From: Minisyncoccota bacterium | GTDB taxonomy: Bacteria; Patescibacteriota; Microgenomatia; UBA1400; PJMF01 | DNA: 64,000 nt | Assembly (NCBI GenBank): GCA_009885085.1 | Contig: VFLK01000009.1 | Coordinates: 3,810 to 67,809, forward strand | Reading direction: 5' to 3' | In this document: positions 57,541-64,000 of the stretch, piece by piece | Layout: every line of letters begins with the position of its first letter | Position numbering within the stretch: position 1 is the stretch's first letter | The notes under the pieces: model-generated | Database searches by the model: none | What the model saw: only the letters and a program-made list of their open reading frames with translations | What the model was told of the DNA's origin: nothing | Translations under genes and position numbers: made by a program

Positions 57541-58017
57541 ATGAGAACTAAAAAAGCTCCAGTTAGAATAACAAGACCAGACGGAAAGTACCAGTCTGTT
57601 AGAATTGCAAAGCTCATTAACTATGTGATGCGTGATGGAAAAAAATCTGTCGCACAGAAGCAAGTTTATTTAGCTCTTGAAGAGTTAGCTCTCAAAACTG
57701 GCAAAAAAGCATTAGAATCTTTCGAAGAAGTAATCAAGGCTGTCACTCCTCAAATGGAAGTTAGATCCAGACGTGTTGGCGGTGCTTCTTATCAAGTTCC
57801 TATGCCTGTTAGAAGTGGTAGAGGTTTTGCTCTTTCTTTAAGAGCATTAGTAGAAGCTGCTAACAAAAAACCAAACAAGCAATACCATACCTTTGGTGAG
57901 AAGCTCGCAGCAGAAATGCTCGAAGCTCTTCAAGGTACAGGTGGAGCAATTAACAAGAAAAATACTGCCCATCGTATGGCCGACGCTAACAAAGCATTCG
58001 CCCACTTTAGATGGTAA
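57541..58017 (+). CDS. rpsG: 30S ribosomal protein S7
   Basis: 158 aa, DGKKSVAQKQVY...RRVGGASYQVP. Confidence 0.97.
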   Translation: MRTKKAPVRITRPDGKYQSVRIAKLINYVMRDGKKSVAQKQVYLALEELALKTGKKALESFEEVIKAVTPQMEVRSRRVGGASYQVPMPVRSGRGFALSLRALVEAANKKPNKQYHTFGEKLAAEMLEALQGTGGAINKKNTAHRMADANKAFAHFRW

Positions 58018-58049
58018 GAATTTATTATTTATAGTATAGGTGGGAAGAT

Positions 58050-60176
58050 ATGGCTGACACAAACACAAGAGTTCCATTAGAGAGAATTAGAAATATTGGT
58101 ATTATTGCCCATATTGATGCTGGAAAAACCACAACTTCCGAAAGAATCCTTTACTTTACAGGTAGAACTTACAAAATTGGTGAAGTTCACGAGGGTGCCG
58201 CAACCATGGATTGGATGGCTCAAGAACAAGAGCGTGGTATTACAATCGTATCAGCTGCAACTACTTGTTTTTGGAAACCTCACTTTGAAGTTCACCTAGA
58301 AAATGCATTATATAGATTCAATATTATTGATACTCCAGGGCACGTTGATTTTACAGCAGAAGTTGAAAGATCACTCCGTGTTTTAGATGGAGGAATCACA
58401 GTTCTTGATGCTAGTGAAGGTGTTCAATCTCAGTCAGAAACTGTTTGGAGACAAGCAGATAAATATAACATTCCAAGAATTTGTTTTATAAATAAAATGG
58501 ATAAATTAGGCGCAGACTTTTTTGCTACTATCGAAGATATCAGAGTTAAATTCGGTGTCATTCCAGCTGTCATGGTTTTGCCAATGGGAGCAGAAAATGA
58601 TTTTAGAGGTGTTATTCAAATTCTCGAAGAAAAAGCATTATTTTGGAAAGATAGCGCCGCAGACACTGAGCCAGAAGTTCAAGAAATTCCAGAAGAATAT
58701 AAGGCAAGAGTTGCGGAGTTAAGATCTCAATTAATTGAACAAATTGCAGAGACTGATGATGTGCTTTTACAAAGATTTTTTGATGGCAAAGATATTGCTT
58801 TAAATGAATTAAAGGCAGCACTTAGAAAAGCAGTTATTGATTATAAACTAGTTCCTGTTTATGCAGGTTCTTCACTTAAAAATACAGGTGTTCAACCAAT
58901 GCTTGATGCAGTCGTTGATTATCTTCCATCTCCAGTTGATATCGATCACATCACAGGTCTTAATCCAAAAACTGCAGAAGAAGAAACAAGACAATTGGTT
59001 CCTAACGAAAGATTTTCTGCGCTTGCTTTCAAGATTCAAACAGATCCTCACGTTGGAAAGATTACTTACACTAGAATATATTCAGGTGTACTTAAGGCAG
59101 GAAGCTATACATATAACTCAACCACAAAGCAAAAAGAGAGAGTTGGACGTTTGCTTCTTATGCATGCTAATCAAAGAGAAGAAATTCAGGAAGCCAAAGC
59201 TGGAGAAATCGTTGCTATTGTTGGTTTAAAAAATACCAGAACTGGCGATACTCTTTGTGATGAAGATAACAAAATTGTTCTCGAAGGAATTACATTTGCA
59301 GAGCCAGTTATTTCTTTGTCAATTGAGCCAAAAACTAAATCTGACCAAGAAAAAATGGGTATGGCTTTAGCAAAACTTAGTGAAGAAGATCCAACATTTT
59401 CTATTAAATCAAATCCAGACACAGGACAAACTATTATTGGTGGAATGGGAGAATTACATTTAGAAATTATTGTTGATCGTATGAAAAGAGAGTTTAGTGT
59501 CGAAGCAAATGTCGGTACGCCTCAAGTTGCATACAGAGAAACAATTACTAAAACCGCTCAAGCAGAAGGTAAATATATTAAGCAATCTGGTGGACGCGGT
59601 CAATATGGTCATGTTTATTTGAGAATTGAGCCAAAAGACAGAGGCACTGGTTATGAATTTGTTAATGATATCAAAGGCGGAACAGTTCCAAGAGAATTTA
59701 TCAAACCAACAGACAAAGGTGTTCAAGAATCTCTTGAACGCGGTTTCTTGGCAAACTTCCCAATGAGCGACATTAAAGTTACACTTTATGATGGTTCATA
59801 CCACGATGTTGACTCAAGTGAAATTGCTTTTAAGATGGCAGGTTCTTTGGCTATGAGACATGCAACTCTTTTAGCAGGTATGGTTTTACTTGAACCAATC
59901 ATGAAAGTTGAAGTTTCAACTCCTGACGAATACATGGGAGATGTAATTGGAGACTTAGGTTCAAGAAGAGCTCAAATTCAAGGGACTTCAACAAGAGGTA
60001 GTGTTACAATCATTACTGCACTTTCCCCTTTAGCTGAGATGCAAGGATATGTTACAATTTTAAGAAGTATGACAAAAGGAAGAGCATCTTCAGTGATGTT
60101 GCCAAGTCATTACGATATTGTTCCAAACAGTATTACTGAAAAATTAGTTGCCGAGAGAAAAACTGGCGGAAGATAA
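58050..60176 (+). CDS. fusA: Elongation factor G
   Basis: [23 protein letters not shown]1 motif, DTPGHVDF, 708 aa. Confidence 0.97.
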   Translation: MADTNTRVPLERIRNIGIIAHIDAGKTTTSERILYFTGRTYKIGEVHEGAATMDWMAQEQERGITIVSAATTCFWKPHFEVHLENALYRFNIIDTPGHVDFTAEVERSLRVLDGGITVLDASEGVQSQSETVWRQADKYNIPRICFINKMDKLGADFFATIEDIRVKFGVIPAVMVLPMGAENDFRGVIQILEEKALFWKDSAADTEPEVQEIPEEYKARVAELRSQLIEQIAETDDVLLQRFFDGKDIALNELKAALRKAVIDYKLVPVYAGSSLKNTGVQPMLDAVVDYLPSPVDIDHITGLNPKTAEEETRQLVPNERFSALAFKIQTDPHVGKITYTRIYSGVLKAGSYTYNSTTKQKERVGRLLLMHANQREEIQEAKAGEIVAIVGLKNTRTGDTLCDEDNKIVLEGITFAEPVISLSIEPKTKSDQEKMGMALAKLSEEDPTFSIKSNPDTGQTIIGGMGELHLEIIVDRMKREFSVEANVGTPQVAYRETITKTAQAEGKYIKQSGGRGQYGHVYLRIEPKDRGTGYEFVNDIKGGTVPREFIKPTDKGVQESLERGFLANFPMSDIKVTLYDGSYHDVDSSEIAFKMAGSLAMRHATLLAGMVLLEPIMKVEVSTPDEYMGDVIGDLGSRRAQIQGTSTRGSVTIITALSPLAEMQGYVTILRSMTKGRASSVMLPSHYDIVPNSITEKLVAERKTGGR

Positions 60177-60222
60177 ATTGACGAAAAATAGTATTATATA
60201 TAGTAATTAAGTAAATTAATTT

Positions 60223-60228
60223 AGGAGG
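60223..60228 (+). promoter_or_regulatory. Shine-Dalgarno AGGAGG for tuf
   Basis: aggagg lies 5 nt upstream of the ATG at 60233. Confidence 0.6.
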
Positions 60229-60232
60229 CCTT

Positions 60233-61429
60233 ATGGCAGACGCAAAAAAATTCATACGTGACAAGAAGCACGTAAACATCGGTACAATTGGTCACGTTGA
60301 TCATGGAAAAACTACTCTTACTGCAGCTATTGCTACAACATTATCAGTAAAACTTCCAAGTGACATTAACAAAGCAATGGGATATTCAGATATTGATAAT
60401 GCTCCAGAAGAAGCAGCTCGTGGTGTGACAATTAACATTTCACATATCGAGTATGAAACTTCAAAAAGACATTACGCTCACATTGATGCTCCAGGACATG
60501 CTGACTACATTAAGAACATGATTACTGGTGCCGCTCAAATGGATGGCGCAATTTTAGTTGTTGCAGCTACAGACGGACCTATGCCTCAAACACACGAGCA
60601 TATTTTGTTAGCAAAACAAGTTAACGTTCCAAACCTAGTTGTTGCATTGAACAAATGTGACATGGTTGATGACGCAGAGCTTTTAGACTTAGTTGAAATG
60701 GAAGTTAGAGAATTACTTACCAAGCATGGTTTTGATGGTGAGAATGCTCCAGTTCATAGAGTTTCAGCTCTTAAAGCTTTAGAGGGTGATGATGCAGAAC
60801 AGATGAAGATTATGGCACTTATGGATTCAGTCGATTCATTTATTCCAGATCCAGTAAGAGAATTAGACAAACCTTTCTTAATGCCTGTTGAAGATGTTTT
60901 TTCAATCAAGGGTAGAGGAACAGTTGTTACTGGACGTATTGAGTCTGGTATCATCAAAATTGGTGATGAAGTCGAGATTGCAGGTATCAAAGATACTAAG
61001 AAATCAACTGTCACTGGCGTCGAAATGTTCCGTAAAATGCTTGACCAAGGTGAAGCAGGAGACAATGTTGGTATTCTATTAAGAGGTGTTGGCAAAGATG
61101 ACGTCGAAAGAGGTCAAGTTTTGGCAAAACCAGGTACCGCAAGTGTTCATACTGAGTTCGAAGCTGAAGTTTACATCTTAACCAAAGAAGAAGGTGGCAG
61201 ACATAAGCCTTTCTTCACAGGTTACAGACCACAATTTTACGTTAGAACAACGGACGTTACTGGAGAAATCAAACTTCCAGAAGGTGTTGAAATGGTCATG
61301 CCAGGAGATAATGCAAAAATGATAGTCAATCTGATCGTTCCAGTGGTTGCTTCAGAAGGACTACGTTTCGCAATTCGTGAGGGTGGACATACAATCGGAG
61401 CTGGTGCAATCACCAAGATTATTAAGTAA
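60233..61429 (+). CDS. tuf: Elongation factor Tu
   Basis: [33 protein letters not shown]; 398 aa. Confidence 0.97.
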   Translation: MADAKKFIRDKKHVNIGTIGHVDHGKTTLTAAIATTLSVKLPSDINKAMGYSDIDNAPEEAARGVTINISHIEYETSKRHYAHIDAPGHADYIKNMITGAAQMDGAILVVAATDGPMPQTHEHILLAKQVNVPNLVVALNKCDMVDDAELLDLVEMEVRELLTKHGFDGENAPVHRVSALKALEGDDAEQMKIMALMDSVDSFIPDPVRELDKPFLMPVEDVFSIKGRGTVVTGRIESGIIKIGDEVEIAGIKDTKKSTVTGVEMFRKMLDQGEAGDNVGILLRGVGKDDVERGQVLAKPGTASVHTEFEAEVYILTKEEGGRHKPFFTGYRPQFYVRTTDVTGEIKLPEGVEMVMPGDNAKMIVNLIVPVVASEGLRFAIREGGHTIGAGAITKIIK

Positions 61430-61448
61430 GTAATTATTAAAATTAGGC

Positions 61449-61477
61449 TTCACCCCGCACTTTTTATGCGGGGTGAA
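61449..61477 (+). terminator. Stable 11-bp hairpin after tuf (candidate terminator/attenuator; weak U-tract)
   Basis: ttcaccccgca-cttttta-tgcggggtgaa followed by aagttt; a full T-run is absent, so termination may be partial. Confidence 0.4.
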
Positions 61478-61517
61478 AAGTTTAGAGGGCAAAAACGAGA
61501 GAAAGAAGAAATTGGGG

Positions 61518-61546
61518 TTTACTTCTTGAGGAATTTTATGTATAAT
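61518..61546 (+). promoter_or_regulatory. Candidate promoter (TTTACT-17-TATAAT) for the rpsJ (S10) operon
   Basis: tttact at 61518-61523, a 17-nt spacer, tataat at 61541-61546 (preceded by tg); 62 nt upstream of rpsJ. Confidence 0.5.
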
Positions 61547-61607
61547 CTCGTCCTATGGTTTAATCACCATAAAGAAATTAAAAAGTAATTAAGTAAGTTG
61601 TTTTAAA

Positions 61608-61940
61608 ATGGCTAAATTAGATCAAAAAACTAAAACTGGATATAAAATTCGCGTAAGACTAAAGTCATACGATCATCGTGTTATAGACAGCGCAAGTCAA
61701 AAGATTCTAGAAACAGCACTTTCAACTGGTGCAAAGGTTGTTGGTCCAGTACCACTACCTACGCACAAAAGAGAATTTGCAGTGCTCGCTTCCCCACATT
61801 CTGACAAGAATGCTCAGGAGCACTACCACATTAAAACACACAAGAGATTGATAGACATTGTCAATCCAACAAGTAAGACTATAGATTCTTTGATGCATTT
61901 GGAACTCCCTGCCGGAGTTTCGATTCAAATTAAGATGTAG
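61608..61940 (+). CDS. rpsJ: 30S ribosomal protein S10
   Basis: [40 protein letters not shown]. Confidence 0.95.
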   Translation: MAKLDQKTKTGYKIRVRLKSYDHRVIDSASQKILETALSTGAKVVGPVPLPTHKREFAVLASPHSDKNAQEHYHIKTHKRLIDIVNPTSKTIDSLMHLELPAGVSIQIKM

Positions 61941-62027
61941 TAATAAGTATTAAGGAGATAAAGTTGCGATTAAATTTTAGCAACCTTAGATTAATTAGAA
62001 CAAGTAATTTGTATAGATATAATTGGT

Positions 62028-62822
62028 ATGATATTAGATATTTTTGCCACCAAAACAGGAATGACACAAGCTTGGACCAAAGCAGGCAAGCGCTTGGCTG
62101 TAACTCGCTGTAAAATTTTGGACATGCCAGTCGTCGGCAAGCAAGATATCAAAATAATCGATAAGAATTCACAAATTAGAGAGACTCTTACCTGCTCAAT
62201 TCTAGAAGTAGGATTTGGTAAGAAAAAACTTAAAAACATGAGCAAGCCACTCAGAACCAGAATGGAAAAGAGTGGTTTTTCTTTTGGTGTTAAAAACATT
62301 AGAGGTGTTAGAACATCAAATGATAAAATGAAACCATCAGTTGACGAAGAGTTTAAAATTGGCGACAGTATTAGTATCGACCAAGTTTTAGAAGTTGGTG
62401 ATGTTGTTAAAGTCCAGGGTATTAGCAAAGGCAGAGGTTTTGCTGGTGGAATGAAACGACATGGTTTTCATGGTGGTCCTAAGACTCATGGTCAATCTGA
62501 CAGAGCACGTGCTGTTGGTTCAATTGGTCCTGGAACAACTCCAGGTAGAGTTTGGTTGGGCAAAAAAATGCCTGGTCATTATGGAGTAGAGGCAAAATGT
62601 GTTTTAAACCTAGTAATTTTACATATAGATAAAGAAACACAAGAAATTTGGATTAGTGGTCCAGTCCCAGGTTCTATGATGTCTGATGTCAGAATTTCGA
62701 AAGTTGGCAAGAAAAAAAATATCGAGATAGATTACAAAGCATCAAATATTGTAATTAAAGCTGTCGCTCCAGAAAAAGAAGACGTCATCGTTGAAGAAGT
62801 TAGTCAAGAGGTTGCAGCATAA
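62028..62822 (+). CDS. rplC: 50S ribosomal protein L3 (with a ~50-aa C-terminal extension)
   Basis: TKTGMTQAW...GRGFAGGMKRHGFHGGPKTHGQSDRARAVGSIG; 264 aa against the ~210 typical. Confidence 0.95.
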   Translation: MILDIFATKTGMTQAWTKAGKRLAVTRCKILDMPVVGKQDIKIIDKNSQIRETLTCSILEVGFGKKKLKNMSKPLRTRMEKSGFSFGVKNIRGVRTSNDKMKPSVDEEFKIGDSISIDQVLEVGDVVKVQGISKGRGFAGGMKRHGFHGGPKTHGQSDRARAVGSIGPGTTPGRVWLGKKMPGHYGVEAKCVLNLVILHIDKETQEIWISGPVPGSMMSDVRISKVGKKKNIEIDYKASNIVIKAVAPEKEDVIVEEVSQEVAA

Positions 62823-62824
62823 TC

Positions 62825-63457
62825 ATGAAAATTAAAAGTATTACACCAACCAATAAGCTTTCAACAATGATTGTCAGTGATGAGGTCTTTGGATCAAAAG
62901 CTAATGATCAACTATTAAGTCAAGCAATTAGAGTTTACCTTTCAAACAAGAGACAAGGTACGAGTAAAGTTAAGACTAGAGGTGAAGTTACTGGATCAAG
63001 AAGAAAAATTTGGAAACAAAAAGGAACGGGTAATGCTCGACATGGTGCAAAATCAGCTCCAATTTTTGTAGGTGGAGGTGTCGCTCATGGTCCAAAAGGT
63101 ATTGAGAATTGGGATCTAAAGCTTTCAAGACACATGAAGAAAAAAGCTTTGATAGTAGCACTTAGTTTACAATTTGAAAATATTTTTGTAACAGACAATT
63201 TAAAAGATTTAGATGGAAAAACAAAAACAGCTGCAAAACTTTTGAAAGACTTAAGTATTTTTGGAAAGAAAGTTTTATTGGCTACAGATGGAAATAATGA
63301 TTTAGTTAGAAGAGCTTTTGGTAACATCCAAAAAGTCAATATTATGGATGGTTCATTAGTTAATGCTTTAGATGTTGCTTCAGCAGATGCAGTAATCTTT
63401 AGCAAAGACGCAGTGAAATCTTTAGAAGAAAGATTGATGAAGAAAGTGAAATCATGA
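62825..63457 (+). CDS. rplD: 50S ribosomal protein L4
   Basis: RQGTSKVKTRGEVTGSRRKIWKQKGTGNARHG; ends on a TGA that overlaps the rplW ATG. Confidence 0.95.
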   Translation: MKIKSITPTNKLSTMIVSDEVFGSKANDQLLSQAIRVYLSNKRQGTSKVKTRGEVTGSRRKIWKQKGTGNARHGAKSAPIFVGGGVAHGPKGIENWDLKLSRHMKKKALIVALSLQFENIFVTDNLKDLDGKTKTAAKLLKDLSIFGKKVLLATDGNNDLVRRAFGNIQKVNIMDGSLVNALDVASADAVIFSKDAVKSLEERLMKKVKS

Positions 63458-63750
63458 ATCCTTATATAGTTGTTAAACCAATAGTCACAGAAAAGTCATT
63501 AAGACTCGCAAACACAGAAAACACATATGTGTTTGAAGTTCAAATGACGTCCAATAAGAATCAAATCAAAGAAGCAATTGAAAAATTGTTTGCAGTTAAA
63601 GTCGAAAAAATTCGTACAATTGTTAATCAAAGAGAATTAAAAAGAACCGGTAAAAAGAGAATGACAGTTAGAACTGGAAAAACTAAGAAAGCTTTAGTTA
63701 CTCTAATTTCTGGTCAATCTATAGATTTATTTGATGTATCAGAAGAATAA
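63454..63750 (+). CDS. rplW: 50S ribosomal protein L23
   Basis: 98 aa; VKPIVTEKSLRLAN...FEV family pattern; operon position between L4 and L2. Confidence 0.95.
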   Translation: MNPYIVVKPIVTEKSLRLANTENTYVFEVQMTSNKNQIKEAIEKLFAVKVEKIRTIVNQRELKRTGKKRMTVRTGKTKKALVTLISGQSIDLFDVSEE

Positions 63751-63756
63751 AATATA

Positions 63757-64000
63757 ATGTTAATAACACAAAAACCAACCAGCAGCGGAAGAAGACATCA
63801 AATAAATATTGATCGTTCCGAATTACATAAGGGCAAACCAGAAAAGTCTTTATTGGAATCTGGTCATAAGAAACGTCAGGGAAGAGGTTTCTTAGGTCAT
63901 ATTACAGTTAGACATAGAGGTGCTGGTGTTAAGAAAAAATTACGTATTATTGATTGGAAACGTAAAAATCGTGATATCGAAGGTACAGTTATTAGATTAG
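63757..64000 (+). CDS. rplB: 50S ribosomal protein L2, N-terminal part (runs off the window end)
   Basis: MLITQKPTSSGRRHQI...GRGFLGHITVRHRGAGVKKKLRIIDWKR. Confidence 0.9.
   Translation, partial: MLITQKPTSSGRRHQINIDRSELHKGKPEKSLLESGHKKRQGRGFLGHITVRHRGAGVKKKLRIIDWKRKNRDIEGTVIRL

Noticed and set aside
60178-60206. sigma70 promoter for tuf (TTGACG ... TAGTAA)
   Set aside because: The -10 match is poor (3/6) at the only 17-nt spacing. Only the AGGAGG RBS is reported.

Overview
This is an AT-rich (~33% GC) bacterial chromosomal window that uses the standard genetic code: TGA clearly terminates several genes (hk2 at 21229-21231, rplD at 63455-63457). The gene content looks like a small-genome, fermentative bacterium of the Patescibacteria/CPR type. 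That placement is inference from a C-Ala-less AlaS, an L3 with a C-terminal extension, an OFOR + ADP-forming acyl-CoA synthetase module, sortase, DUF2207 and LCP genes, and many short membrane proteins.

The window is mostly housekeeping and envelope genes:
- 5' end (1-8.7 kb): partial uppP on the minus strand, small membrane proteins (YggT, GlsB/YeaQ/YmgE, LapA-like), two NUDIX hydrolases, a frameshifted DUF4256 gene, mgtE, a SAM-dependent methyltransferase, a histidine phosphatase and a CxxC-x17-CxxC zinc-ribbon protein.
- Regulation (8.7-21.2 kb): three sensor histidine kinases (one interrupted by an in-frame TGA) and three response regulators.
- Envelope (12-17.6 kb): GT2, bcp, DUF2207, galU-like and LCP genes.
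- Energy metabolism (23.6-29.9 kb): SagB-like nitroreductase, ADP-forming acyl-CoA synthetase, flavodoxin, and 2-oxoacid:ferredoxin oxidoreductase alpha and beta subunits.
- Transport and miscellany (29.9-41.5 kb): a P-type ATPase, a Cas4-like PD-(D/E)XK nuclease, FMN reductase, a citryl-CoA-lyase-like citrate-synthase fragment, DedA, a CobW GTPase, prmC, DsbA, YqeY, RodZ-like, DUF948 and YtxH.
- 41.8-49.0 kb: alaS, a 777-aa bitopic protein translationally coupled to a sortase, ruvX and mltG.
- Core gene block (49.2-64.0 kb): rpoB-rpoC, then rpsL-rpsG-fusA-tuf and rpsJ-rplC-rplD-rplW-rplB (partial).

The most striking anomaly is a ~0.5 kb segment between rpoC and rpsL. It has E. coli-like GC content and codon usage, is bracketed by two GC-rich intrinsic terminators, and encodes a 147-aa protein I do not recognise.
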